Assembly (NCBI RefSeq): GCF_006345805.1 | Contig: NW_021832812.1 | Location: forward strand, 1-39,975 | Length of the DNA: 39,975 nucleotides | From: Octopus sinensis | Taxonomy: Eukaryota | Direction: 5' to 3' | In this document: positions 12,335-24,943 of the stretch, one piece after another | Layout of the letters: every line of letters begins with the position of its first letter | Position numbering within the stretch: position 1 is the stretch's first letter | Translations under genes and position numbers: made by a program | The notes under the pieces: generated by a model | What the model was told of the DNA's origin: nothing | The model's database searches: none | Seen by the model: only the letters and a program-made list of their open reading frames with translations

Positions 12335-12558
12335 TAGACCGAATGAGATAATGAATCCAAGGCTGTAAGGAGTTTTTAGGACAGTTATAATGAAATAGTC
12401 TTACAGCTGTTTCTGGGATATTATGGATATCCCTTCATCAGAGTCGGTGTGAAAAATTATCTGAGTTGGAATTATTGTGGAAAAGATAGGCAATATAGAG
12501 GGAGATAAGAGGATGAAAGTGGAAATAAGATATATAAAGATATTGTAGTTGCCTCTCC
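12335..12558 (-). mobile_element. Solo pseudo-LTR/terminal remnant of another PLE family between two (TA)n tracts
   Basis: Contains a hammerhead motif and is bounded by TA repeats on both sides; PLE origin is inferred. Confidence 0.55.
12395..12447 (-). ncRNA. Minimal type-I hammerhead ribozyme motif
   Basis: Minus strand: gact-CTGATGA-a-GGGATAT-ccata-ATATCCC-a-GAA-A-CAGCTG-T-A|agact. Stem II is 7 bp, stem III is the palindrome ACAGCTGT, the triplet is GUA; stem I is weak. Confidence 0.75.
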
Positions 12559-12578
12559 TATATATATATATATATGTG

Positions 12579-12770
12579 GAGGCGCAATGGCCCAGTGGTT
12601 AGGGCAGCGGACTCGCGGTCGTAGGATCGCAGTTTTGATTCCCAGACTGGGCATCGTGAGTATTTATTGAGCAAAAACACCTAAGCTTGATGAAGCTCCA
12701 GCGGGAGAGGGTGGTGAACCCTGCTGTACTCTTTCACCACAACTTTCTCTCACTCTTTCTTCCTACTTCT
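12579..12770 (+). mobile_element. tRNA-derived SINE, family B, 3'-truncated
   Basis: A box tggcccagtgg (12588-12598), decayed B box gttttgattcc (12632-12642); collinear with the inverted copy at 18374-18676. Confidence 0.85.
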
Positions 12771-13139
12771 GCCACAAAGCAGAGGAACCATGGTGTAACC
12801 CACTATGGTGTGGTAAACTTTCAGACCCTACTCTAGATTGCAAATCCTCTGTACCCCAGGATGGTTCAGCTCTCCACCCGTTAAAAGCCACCTCATTAAA
12901 AGAATGAGGATAACAACGTAGCTTTCGCACCCGTGCAACCACCAGTCTATTGAGTGTGGTGGTTGGATCTTCAAGTTGCCACACGCATTCTTAGTAGCTT
13001 AGAGTAGGCTCGAATTAGAGATTATTCTTTGTGGCTAATGGCATGAGTCCTGATTAGAAGGAGAAGAAGAAAAAGAAGAAGAAGGAGGAGAAGAAGAAGA
13101 AGAATGATACAGATAAAGTCAACAACAATATTAACTCTT

Positions 13140-13337
13140 TATACTAAAGGAACAAGGCCTGAAATTTGTGGGGAGGGGCTGCTCAATCATATTGACCCCA
13201 GTGTGAAACTGGTATTTATATCATTGACCCCCAAAAGTTGACCTCGGTGAAATTTGAACGCAGATCGTAAAGACAGGTGAGCTACTGCTAAGCATTTTCG
13301 CCTGTCGTGTTAACAATTCTGCAAGCTTGCCACCTTA
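13140..13337 (-). mobile_element. tRNA-derived SINE, family C (diverged)
   Basis: gaccccagtg..actggta.tta...gttgacctcgg..aatttgaac...ctaagcatt is shared with 17046-17644. Confidence 0.75.
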
Positions 13338-13403
13338 AATAATAATAATAATAAATGAATTAGATATTATTCTTTGTAGCTAATGGTGTGAGTCCTGACT
13401 GGA

Positions 13404-13604
13404 AGAAGAAGAAGAAGAAGAAGAAGAAGAAGAAGAAGAAGAAGAAGAAGAAGAAGAAGGAGGGGGAGGGGGAGAAAGAGAAGAAGGAGAAGAAGAAGAA
13501 GAAAAATTGGAAGAATTGGAAAAGAAGAAGAAGGAGGAGGAGGAGAAGAAGGAGGAGAAGAAGAAGTAGGAGAAGAAGAAGAAGAAGAAGAAGAATTGGA
13601 AGAA

Positions 13605-13636
<32 letters not shown>

Positions 13637-14118
13637 AGAAGAAAAAGAAGAAGAAGAAGAATTGGAAGAAGAAGAAGAAGAATTGGAAGGAGAAGAAGAA
13701 AAAGAAGAAGAAGAAGAATAAGAAGAATTGGAAGAAGAAGAAGAAGAAGAAGAAGAATTGGAAGAAGAAGAAGAAGAAGAAGAAGAAAGAAGAGAATTGA
13801 AGAAGAAGAAGAAGAAGAATTGAAGGAGAAGAAGAAAAAGAAGAAGAAGCAGAAGAAGAATGGGAAGAGAGAAGAATTGGAAGAAGAAGAAGAATTGGAA
13901 GAAAAGAAGAAGAAGGAGAAGAAGAAGAAGAATTGGAAGAAGAAGAAGAAGAAGAAGAAGAAGAATGGAAGAAGAATGGAGAAGAAGAGAAGAAGAAGAA
14001 GAAGAAGAAGAATTGGAAGAAGAAGAGAAGAAGAAGAGAAGAAGAAGAAGAATGGAAGAAGAAGAAGAAGAAGAAGAAGAATGGAAGAAGAGAAGAAGAA
14101 AGAAGAAGAAGATTGGAA

Positions 14119-14151
<33 letters not shown>

Positions 14152-15585
14152 TTGGAAGAAGAAGAGAGAAGAAGAAGAAGAAGAAGAAGAATTGGAAGAA
14201 GAAGAAGAAGAGAAGAAGAATTGGAAGAAGAACAATTGGAAAGAAAAAAGAAGAAGAAGAAGAAGAAGAAGAAGAAGAAAAGAATGGAAGAAGAAGAAGA
14301 AGAAGAAGAAGAAGAAGAAAAAGAAGAAGAAGAAGAAGAAGATTTGGAAGAAGAAGAAGAAGAAGAAGAATTGGAAGAAGAAGAAGAAGAAGAAGAAGAA
14401 GAAGAAAGAAGAAGAATTGGAAGAAGAAGAACAATTGGAAGAAAAAGAAGAAGAAGAAGAAGAAGAAGAAGAAGAAGAAGAAGAAGAAAAGAAGAATTGG
14501 AAGAAGAAGAAGAAGAACAATTGGAAGAAGAAGAAGAAGAGGAATTTGAAGAATTGGAAGAAGAAGAAGTAGAGGAAGAAGAAGAAGAAGAAGAATTGGA
14601 AGAAGAAGAAGAAGAAGAATTGGAAAAAGAAGAATTGGAAGAAGAAGAAGACAACAGCAACAACTAAAACAGCAACAACATTATCAACAACAAAACGAAT
14701 ACAAGCATAAATAACAATGAAGATAGCAGCAAATTGATAATAATAACGATAACATTAACATAGCATAAGCAACAACAACAACAACAACATATAATGCACA
14801 ATCACAGCATGGCAAGAACAGAAATAATGCCACAGACAATAACAGCACGTGACAACAACTACTACAACAACAACAACAACAACAACAACAGGAGCAAGAA
14901 AAGGAAAAAAGAACAACAACGATAGCAACAACAACAAAAACATTCAGCAACAGGTACAATCACAACAACAGAAACAAGAGCAAGAACTATCTTCATTGTT
15001 ATTTTTGCTTGTATTCATTTTGTTGTTTGTTGTTGTTGTTGATATTGTTGTTGCTGTTGTCTTCTTCTTCCAATTCTTCTTCTTCTTCTTCTTCTTCTTC
15101 TTCTTCATCTCCTCCTTCTTCTTCCAATTCTTCTTCTTCTTCTTCCAATTCTTCTTCTTCTTCTCTTCTTCTTCTTCTTCTCCTTCTTCTTCTCCTTCTA
15201 CTTCTTCTTCCAATCTTCTTCTTCTTCTTCTTCTTCTTCTTCTTCTTCATCTCCTCCTTCTTCTTCTTCCAATTCTTCTTCTTCTTCTTCTTCTTCTTCT
15301 TCTTCTTCTTCTTCTCCTTCTTCTACTTCTTCTTCCAATTCTTCTTCTTCTTCTTCTTCTTCTTCTCATCCTCCTTCTCCTTCTTCTTCTTCTTCTTCTT
15401 CTTCCAATTCTTCTCCTTCTTCTTCTTCTTCTTCTTCTCCTTCATCGTCTTCTTCTTCTTCTTCTTCTTCTTCTTCTCCTTCTTCTTCTTCTTCTTCTTC
15501 TTCTCCTTCTTCTTTTTCTTCTTCTTCTCCTTCTTCTTTTTCTTCTTCTTCTTCTTCTTCTTCTTCTTCTTCTTCTTCTTCTTTC
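13404..15585. repeat. (GAA)n array (13404-14650) and inverted (TTC)n array (15060-15585) forming a true inverted duplication around a ~260-bp spacer
   Basis: Both arrays carry the aattgg/ccaatt interruption, and the adjacent unique sequence 14651-14726 is mirrored at 14987-15060. Confidence 0.85.
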
Positions 15586-15968
15586 AATTCAAGAAGGAAT
15601 GGTAACAACAACTTTGGATAATGACAAGAGCAAGCACGTTGATAAATGCAATAACAAAAATAAAGATAACCATGTTAACAGCATTAAGTACAAAAACAAG
15701 AAGCCTAATCAGAACTAATAGTTAAACACTAACAACAACAACGGCAATGATAACAACGGCACCTATTGAAGAAGGAGTGCCAAAAGCAGCAGTTGTAGCA
15801 ACAAGTGCGGCAGATGCAGCAAGATCTGGAGAATCTCAACAGTTTCTTCTCATAGAATATTTAACAATAGATAAGGGGGTGTGAAATATCTATAAATGTA
15901 CAAGTCTCTCAGTACAAGTGCGTGTGGGTGTGTCTACGTCATACGTAAATATATATGTATATATATGC

Positions 15969-16006
<38 letters not shown>

Positions 16007-16164
16007 TGCATGTATATATGTATATGTATATATATATGTATATATATATATAATATATATATTATATATATATATATATATAATTATATAAAACACATAT
16101 ATATATGTATATATGGGTGAACATATTTGGATGTGTATATGTGTGTATGTATATATATGCATAT

Positions 16165-16337
16165 AGGCACAAGTGTGGTTGTGTGGTAACAAGCTTGCTT
16201 ACCAACCACATGGTTCTAGGTTCAATCCCATTGTGTGGCAACTTGGGCAAGTGTCTTCTACTGTAGCCTCGGGCCGATCAAAGCCTTGTGAGTGGATTTG
16301 GTAGACGAAAACTGAAAGGAGATTGTTGTATATATAC

Positions 16338-16369
<32 letters not shown>

Positions 16370-17035
16370 TTGTCCCCCCACCACCACCAATTGACAACTG
16401 GTGCTGGTGTGTTTACAACCATGTAACCTAGCAGTTCAACAAAAGAGATCGGTAGAATAAATGCCAGGTTTTAAAAATATAAGTACTGGGGTGGATAGCC
16501 CCACTGTGTGGCACCTTGGGCAAGTGTCTACTATAGCTTGAGGACAAACAAATCCTTGTGAATAGATTTGGTAGATGGAAATTGAAAGAAGCCCATCATA
16601 TATATATATATATATATATGGTTGGCCTCTGCCTTCAATTGACAACCAATGTTGGTGTGTTTATGTTCCTGTAACCTAGCAGTTTGGCAAAAGAGACCAA
16701 TAGAATAAGTATTAGGCTTACAAAGAATAAGTCTTGGGGTCAATTTCTTTGACCAAAACCCTTTAAGATGGTGCTCCAGCATGGCCGCAGTCAAATGACT
16801 GAAATGTGTTAAAGAATATATATGTGTGTGTTTGTCCTCCACTACTACTTGACAACTGGTATTGGGGGGGGGCTTACTTCCCTGTAACTTAGCAGTTCAG
16901 CAAAAGAGATTGATAGATTAAGTAAGTGGCTTTAAAAAAATGAAAAAACAAGTACGAGGTTTGATATGTTTGACTAAAAATCCTTCAAGGTGGTGCTACA
17001 GCATGGCCACAGTGTAATGACTGAAACAGTTAAAG
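16165..17035 (+). mobile_element. Three nested/tandem partial family-A SINE copies
   Basis: gtggttgtgtggtaac...ggttcaatccc...cttgggcaagtgtctt at 16170-16260; restart at 16500; third 3' half at 16820-17035. Confidence 0.75.
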
Positions 17036-17045
17036 TTAAAAGATA

Positions 17046-17644
17046 TATTTCTTTGTTGCCCACAAGGGGCCAAACAAAGAGGGGACAAACAAGGACAGAC
17101 AAAGGGATAAGTCGATTATATCAACCCCAGTGCTAAACTGGTACTTTATTTATTGACCCCGAAAGGATAAAAGGCAAAGTCGACCTCGGTGGAATTTGAA
17201 CTCAGAACGTAACAGCAGACGAAATATCTATTTCTTTACTACCGACAAGGGGCTAAACACAGAGAGGACAAACAAAGACAGACAAAGGGATTAAGTCAAT
17301 TATATCGACCCCAGTGTGTAACTGGTACTTATTTAATCGACCCTGAAAGGATGAAAGGCAAAGTCGACTTCGGTGGAATTCGAACTCAAAACGTAGTGGC
17401 AAACTAAATACCTATTTCTTTACTACCCACAAGGGGCTAAACAGAGAGAGGACAAACAAGGACAGACAAACGGATTAAGTTGATTACATCGACCCCAGTG
17501 CGTAACTGGTACTTATTTAATCGACCCTGAAAGGATGAAAGGCAAAGTTGACCTCGGCGGGATTTGAGTCCAGAACGTAGCGGCAGACGAAATACCACTA
17601 AGCATTTCGCCCGGCGTGCTAACGTTTCTGCCAGCTCACCTCCT
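17046..17644 (-). mobile_element. Head-to-tail trimer of family-C SINE (units start at 17046, 17229, 17413; period 183-184 bp)
   Basis: Three collinear units; only the rightmost has the complete tRNA-like head (ctggcagaaacgttagc...). Confidence 0.9.
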
Positions 17645-17983
17645 GAAGCCTTCTACAAGCTGGCACTTCATTGGTTATGACAACGAGGCTTCCAGTTGAT
17701 CCAATCAATGGAACAGCTGCCTCGTAAAAGTAACATGCCAGTGGCTGAGTACTCCACGGACACACATACCTTTGATATAGTTTTCAAGAAGATTCAATGT
17801 GACAGGGCTGGCCCCTTTGAATAACAGGTACAACTTAATCTTACCAGATGTGTGGAATGGAGCAACAGGAAATAAAGAGACTTGCTCAAGGATATTAACA
17901 TTCTGTTTGTCACAATGACAAGGATTCCAGTTGAGCTGATCAACGAAACAGCTTGCTCATGAAATTAATGTGCCCTTAATGTA

Positions 17984-18281
17984 TTGGGTTGTCCGGAAAG
18001 TTAGTGCCAATTTTTAAAGGAGAGAAAAAGGTCAATAAATACTTGCCATTACACTTTTAATCAACCAAATATGAACCATTTTGTTGCACAATGCATCTCC
18101 ATCGTTCCTTTAACTTGAAAATACCTTCTTCCCAGAATTGAGGTGGTTTCATGGCAAAGAATTCATCAAGGTATCTTTTTACGTCATCCAAGGAATTGAA
18201 ATTTTTACCATTAAGACTATTCTGCAGAGACCTGAATAAGTGGAAATCCGAAGGAGCAATATCTGGTGAATATGGAGCACC
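17984..18281 (-). mobile_element. Mariner DNA transposon 3' end: transposase C-terminus plus terminal inverted repeat
   Basis: Minus strand 18281-18057: GAPYSPDIAPSDFHLFRSLQNSLNGKNFNSLDDVKRYLDEFFAMKPPQFWEEGIFKLKERWRCIVQQNGSYLVD*, containing the mariner YSPDLAPSD motif. TIR-like ttgggttgtccggaaagt follows TA at 17982-17983. Confidence 0.92.
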
Positions 18282-18373
18282 GCCATTAAAGAAAATGGAG
18301 AAATTGATATGCAGACATCAGTTTATTGAAACAAATCTATTTTGAACAATATCAAACTCATAAAAACTCACCC

Positions 18374-18676
18374 TTTTTTTTATGTGCCCTTTTCAAGTCT
18401 AGCCAGGCTAATGGGACCGGTTTCCCGGTTTCTGTGGCGTATGTGTTTCCCCAAGCTGGACGGGACGCCAGTCCATCGCAGCGTTACTCAAGAAACAGGA
18501 AGAAAGAGTGAGAGAAAGTTGAGGCAAAAGAGTACAACAGGGGTCACCACCACCCCCTGCCGGAGCCTCCTGTAGCTTTAGATGTTTTTGCTCGATAAAC
18601 ACACATGACACCCGGTCTGGGAATCAAAACTGCGATCCTCCGACCGTGAGTCCGCTGCCCTAACCACTGGCCATTG
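18374..18676 (-). mobile_element. tRNA-derived SINE, family B, near full length with A-rich tail
   Basis: Reverse complement of 12579-12770 plus a 3' body (gcgatggactggcgtcccgtccag...cagaaaccggg) and an oligo-A end. Confidence 0.85.
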
Positions 18677-18743
18677 TCCAGTATTATAATATATATAATA
18701 CTATTATAATCAAAAATAAAGGGGAATACAGTAAAAATTAATA

Positions 18744-19401
18744 CACAAATATAAGAGAGGGTCCACTATGTGGACGCTCTTGCGCTAAAAATAGATCCGC
18801 AATGGTCTCAACCACCAAGAATTGTTCCCAAGGAGAATTAGCACAACTATGAACCTAAACAAGCAGGACAAATGAAAAATAACAAGAATGAAGATTAATT
18901 CTAGACAATTGTTTCACTGTTAATGGATTATGCAATGTTACTTACATAATAGATCTACAGCTCTAAATTAATATCCAATTTTTTCACCTTTATTTTTGAT
19001 TTTAATTATACTGCAGTTAATTATTTATGCAGTATTTGTCTCCGGGAATTTTGGTGTGCTATAACAAGGGCATTCGAATCATAACATCGAATATAATAGA
19101 CTGAACCACACGTGTGTTTGGCTTTATGTTAAAATCTGGCATGCGGTTCAATAAATTATATTCATGACGAATTCTACTGATGAGCTGTGGATCTATTATG
19201 TAAGTAACATTGCAGAATCCATTAACTGCAAAACAATTGTCTAGAATTAATCTACATTTTTGTTATTTTTCATTTGTCCTGCTCGTTTACATTCATAGTT
19301 GTGCTAATTCTCCTTGGGAACAATTCTTGGTGGTTGAGACCATTGCGGATCTATTTTTAGTGCAAGAGCGTCCACATAGTGGACCCTCTCTTATATTTGT
19401 G
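18744..19401. mobile_element. MITE-like element, ~220-bp TIRs (18744-18963, 19182-19401), TA on both flanks
   Basis: TA|CACAAATATAAGAGAGGG...CCCTCTCTTATATTTGTG|TA; about 11 mismatches between arms counted by eye; non-coding ~220-bp core. Confidence 0.88.
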
Positions 19402-19759
19402 TATAATACTATTATACATATTATTATTAGTATTATTATCCAGGTCACTGTTGGAATTGAACTCAGAATCTTGGGGTTAGTGCCCGGACTCTTAACTACT
19501 ACACCATATGCCCGTGGGCTAGTGTCAACATTGATTGTAATTGTAAGAACAGGATCGCAAACAACGACAACAACCACAAAAACAATGTAACTGTCAGCAT
19601 TAATGACAACGGCAATAGGACCAGAAGTAACAACAACAGCAATAACAACAGCACGGCAGCAATCGACACTAATGCACAACATTAAGAAGGAAACTGCAGC
19701 AATAATAACAATAACAAAGTGCCAAATCTCATCAGTAGGACATAATTAGCGACAACAAC

Positions 19760-20028
19760 AATGCCAACAACAATAACAACAATAGCAGCAACAACAATGT
19801 TGACACTTGGAATTCCACCTCCCCCAATATCAACAGCACTGTCACCACCACCACCACCAACTACCACTGCTACTGCTTTCAGAACTACTACTACTACTAC
19901 TTCTACTGCTACTGCTGCTGCTACCACGACAGCTGCTGCTGCTGCTATTACAACTGCTGCTGCTGCTGCTGCTGCTACTGCCACTACCACTACTACTACT
20001 GCTACTACTACTACCACTACTACTGCTG

Positions 20029-20092
<64 letters not shown>

Positions 20093-21948
20093 CACTACTA
20101 CTGCTGCTTCTTCTGCTACTACCACTACTACTTCAACTACTATTTCTACAACCACCACCACTATAACTACCAACACCACAAAGGCTGTAAAGGGCCACCG
20201 TTATCATCACCACCATCACCATCACCATCACAATCGCCACTACCACAACCACCTCAACCACCACCAACACAATTACTGTCATCATCAACATCCTCACCAT
20301 TATCATCAGCATTGCAACACCATCAACAAGAGTACTTACAATATCACCACCACTACCATCCTCACCATCACCACCACCATCATCATCACTACCATCATCA
20401 CCACCACCATCATCATCACCACCATCGCCACAACCATCTCAACCACTACCACCATCATCACCACTACCACAATCATTGTCATCAACACCATCACTACCAC
20501 CATTACCACCACCAACACCATCAATAACAGCAACCTTACCACCACCAACACCACCTTCATTATCAGCACCTCCACTACCACCACTACCACCACCTCTTCA
20601 TCCACCCACCACCCCACCACCATCTCCACCACCACCACTATCACCACCATCACCACAAACACTACCACAACCACCTCAACTACTACTACCATCACCACCA
20701 CTACCACAATCATTGTCATCAACACTATCACCACCACCACCACTACCACCATTACCACCACCAAAACCACCTTCATTATCACCACCTCCACTACCTCAAC
20801 TACTACCACCGTCACCACTACTACCACAATCATTGTCATCACCATTACCACCATCTCTACTACCACCACTATCATCACAAACACTAACAGCCGTCAATAA
20901 CAGCAACACCACTAACACCACCTCCCCAACCATCACCATCTCCACCACCACCACTACCACCACCATCACCGCAACCACTACCACAACCACCTCAACTACT
21001 ACTACCATCACCACCACTACCACAATCATTGTTATCACCACCGCTACCATCACCTCACACCACCACCACCTCCTCGTCCACCCACCACCCCACCACCCCC
21101 ACCACCATCTCCACCACCACCATCACCACAACCACTACCACAACCACCTCAACTACCATCACCACCACTACCACAATCATTGTCATCATCACTGCTACCA
21201 CCACCACCACCACCACCTCCTCATCCACCCCACCTCCTCATCCACACCCACCCCCATCACCATCTCCACCACCACAACTATCACCACCATCACCACAACC
21301 ACTACCACAACCACCTCCTCATCCACCCACCACCCCACCCACCCCCACCACCATCTCCACCACCACCATCACCAAACAACCACTACCACAACCACCTCAA
21401 CTACCATCACCACCACTACCACAATCATTGTCATCATCACTGCTACCACCACCACCACCACCACCTCCTCATCCACCCCACCCCCATCACCATCTCCACC
21501 ACCACCACTATCACCACCATCACCACAACCACCACCACCACCACCTCCTCATCCACCCACCACCCCCACCACCACCCCCACCACCATCTCCACCACCACC
21601 ATCACCACAACCACTACCACAATCATTGTCATCATCACTGCTACCACCACCACCTCAACTACTACTACTACCATCACCACCACTACCACAATCATTGTCA
21701 CCACCACCACCACCACCACCACCACCACCACCACCTCCTCATCCACCCACCACCCCCACCACCCCCACCACCATCTCCACCACCACCATCACCACAACCA
21801 CTACCACAACCACCTCAACTACCATCACCACCACTACCACAATCATTGTCACCACCACCACCACCACCACCACCACTACCACAATCATTGTCATCACCAC
21901 CACCACCTCTTCATCCACCCACCACCCACACCACCACCACCACCACCC
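19760..21948. repeat. Compound (ACT/GCT/ACC/CAT)n array with a cryptic ~60-bp higher-order unit
   Basis: accactaccacaaccacctcaactac...ccacaatcattgtcatc recurs more than 10 times. Confidence 0.9.
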
Positions 21949-22046
21949 ATCAGTCCATAAATATCCATTGATATAAAACTGTGATGAAATGTTTTTGCTG
22001 AGGAGTCGAAAGAGAGATGAAATATGGAAGGAAGAAGAAAACGGAA

Positions 22047-22050
<4 letters not shown>

Positions 22051-22102
<52 letters not shown>
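22051..22102. repeat. (AG)26 microsatellite
   Basis: Direct reading. Confidence 0.95.
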
Positions 22103-22107
<5 letters not shown>

Positions 22108-22204
22108 CTTCTCTTCTCTTCTGCTTTTTGGACATTTGTTTGCAGAGAGTGATTTGTGGCCATCAATTACCTCTTTTTAATTAGAGTCGTTATGGGGAGG
22201 AAGG

Positions 22205-23030
22205 CTGGTGGTAGTGGTGGTGGTGGTGGCTGTAGTATAGGCCGTCGTGATAGTGGTGGTGGTAGTTGTTGTGGTGATAGTGGTAGTGGTAGTTGCGGGT
22301 AGTGATAGTAGTTGTGGTGGTGGTGGTAGTGGTGCTAATTGTAGTGGTGATGATAGTTGTAATGGAGATGGTAGTATTAGTGGTAGTGGTAGTGGTGCAA
22401 GTTGTAGTGGTTAAGGTAGTGGTGATGGTAGTAGTGGAGAAAATAGTTGTGCTAGTGGTGGTGGTATGGTGCTAGTTGTAGTGGAGATGGTAGTATTAGT
22501 AGTGGTGGTAGTGGTGCAAGTTGTAGTGGTAGTAGTGGTGATGGTGGTAGTGGTGGTGGTATGGTGCTAGTTGTAGTGGAGATGGTAGTATTGGTGGTGG
22601 TGCAAGTTGTAGTGATTATAGTAGTGATATTGGTGCTAGTTGTAGTGGTGATGGTAGTGGTGGTGGTGGTGATGGTAGTATTGGTTATGGTAGTAGTTGT
22701 GGTAGTGGTGATAGAGGTGGTGATAGTAATTGTCACAATGGTGGTAGTAATAGTAGTAGTAGTAGGTGTAGTAATGATGATGGTGTTGATAGTAGTAGAG
22801 GTGGTGATGGTTATCATAGTAATAGAAGTGGTGGTGATGGCACTAGTTGAAGTGGTGGTGGTTGTTGTATTGGTTATGGTGATGGTAAGGGAAGTAGTGG
22901 TGATTATGTTAATTGTTATGGTGATGGTGGTAGTGTTGGTGTAATAGCAGTAATAGTAATGACAGTGGTTACAGTATTGGCGGTAGTGGTGGTGGTAGTG
23001 GTGGTGGTGGTGGTGGTGGCGGTGGTGGTG
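22205..23030. repeat. Compound (GGT/AGT/GAT)n array
   Basis: Direct reading. Confidence 0.9.
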
Positions 23031-23193
23031 TTGATAGGATCTTAAATTTTGCTTATTTCATTTTATTTTGTTTCTTTATTTTCTCTTCCTTTTTTTGTTT
23101 CGAATTGGAAAACTATAAATTATTTTTGAAAATGTTTTATGCCAACTATTAAATATACCACTACTACTACTACTACTAGAAATAATAATAATC

Positions 23194-23260
<67 letters not shown>

Positions 23261-23289
23261 TAATAATAATGATAATAATAATAATAATG

Positions 23290-23335
<46 letters not shown>

Positions 23336-23424
23336 TAATAATAATGATAATAATAATAATAATGATAAAATAATGATAATAATAATAATAATAATATAAA
23401 ATAATAATGATGATAATAATAATG

Positions 23425-23455
<31 letters not shown>

Positions 23456-23476
23456 TAATAATATAATAATATAATG

Positions 23477-23513
<37 letters not shown>

Positions 23514-23543
23514 TAATAATAATGAATAATAATAATAATAATG

Positions 23544-23583
<40 letters not shown>

Positions 23584-23594
23584 TAATAATAATG

Positions 23595-23679
<85 letters not shown>

Positions 23680-23702
23680 TAATAATAATAATAATAATAA
23701 CG

Positions 23703-23736
<34 letters not shown>

Positions 23737-23760
23737 TAATAATAATGATAATAATAATAA

Positions 23761-23895
23761 CACCATGTCGCGCACATATGGTTGTGATGCATGTGCCTGG
23801 TGTACCTTTATCAGACGGGTAGTCATGATGGGTATATTGGGCTTCGTATATTTTACCCCAGTGTCACTTTGATGGCATGAACTGCTCTCTCACTC

Positions 23896-23897
<2 letters not shown>
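23761..23897 (+). mobile_element. 5'-truncated retroposon 3' end with (AAT)n tail, copy A
   Basis: caccatgtcgcgcacatatggttgtgatgc...ctgctctctcactc|aataat is the same 3' end as copies B and C. Confidence 0.8.
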
Positions 23898-23960
<63 letters not shown>

Positions 23961-24046
23961 TAATAATAATAATAATAATAATGATAATAATAATAATAAT
24001 AATAACAATAATAATAATAATAATAATAATAATGATAATAATAATG

Positions 24047-24097
<51 letters not shown>

Positions 24098-24108
24098 TGA
24101 TGATGATG

Positions 24109-24162
<54 letters not shown>

Positions 24163-24716
24163 CCCTAATGTAATACCAGGCAGTGGCTCTCATGGCTTCT
24201 GATCTTAACTGATTGGAAGTGTTATCATGTACATTGTTTTGTCTTGGTATAAAAGATGGGCTACAGCAAATATTCTGCTCAATACCACAGATTTGCTTGT
24301 CAGTTGTTTGACCATAACCAGTTGAGCATGTCCCTAAGTGGCTGACGATATGTGCATCTCTGATCACGAGCAGAAGTAGTGGGGGAGCATCATAGCCATG
24401 TGTTGAGAGGGATTCTTTGGGGTTTGAATAATTCACCTCTGGAAACATGGGTGGTTCTTTCAACATCCTTAAACAACCCTTATTCAGGGACCTTTTGAGT
24501 GGGATGGGTTACTCGACCAGAAGAAAATTCTAACTGGGTCCCACCTGCAAGGTCATGCACTGCTTATCTTGATATGAGATCACCGTGTTGCGCACATATG
24601 GTTGTGATGCATGTGCCTGGTGTACCCTTATCAGACGGGTAGTCATGATGGGTATACTGGGCTTCGTATATTTTACCCCAGTGTCACTTTGATGGCATGC
24701 ACTGCTCTCTCACTTA
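24163..24716 (+). mobile_element. Same retroposon 3' region, copy B (~550 bp)
   Basis: Collinear with 25441-25980; ends ctgctctctcactt|aataat. Confidence 0.8.
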
Positions 24717-24748
24717 ATAATAATAATAATAATAATAATATAATAATG

Positions 24749-24779
<31 letters not shown>

Positions 24780-24789
24780 TGATGATGAT

Positions 24790-24935
24790 GATCCTATCTA
24801 TTATAGGCACAAGGCCTGCAATTTGGGGCAGGGAGATAATTACATTGACCCCAGTACATAACTGGTACTTATTTCATTGACCCTGAAAGAATGAAAGGGA
24901 AAGTCAATTCCAGCAAAATTTGAACTCAGAACATA
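24790..24935 (-). mobile_element. Family-C SINE fragment
   Basis: ttgaccccagtacataactggtacttattt...gaccctgaaag...aatttgaactcagaac. Confidence 0.7.
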
Positions 24936-24943
24936 AACACAGG

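Noticed and set aside
12579-12650. tRNA gene
   Set aside because: A/B boxes are present, but the acceptor stem is not formed and the sequence continues into a SINE body repeated at 18374-18676.
13360-15718. Long poly-Glu/Lys/Arg/Ser/Leu ORFs (200-430 aa)
   Set aside because: All six frames of (GAA)n/(TTC)n are stop-poor; there is no non-repetitive coding signal.
19761-21976. Mucin-like Thr/Pro/His-rich ORFs (379-494 aa)
   Set aside because: All three plus frames are open because of the ACC/ACT/CAT repeats; there is no signal peptide-domain context or splice evidence.
19760-23030. Possible inverted duplication of the (ACC) and (GGT) blocks around the (AG)n tract
   Set aside because: The higher-order units differ and I found no mirrored unique flank, unlike the GAA/TTC case.
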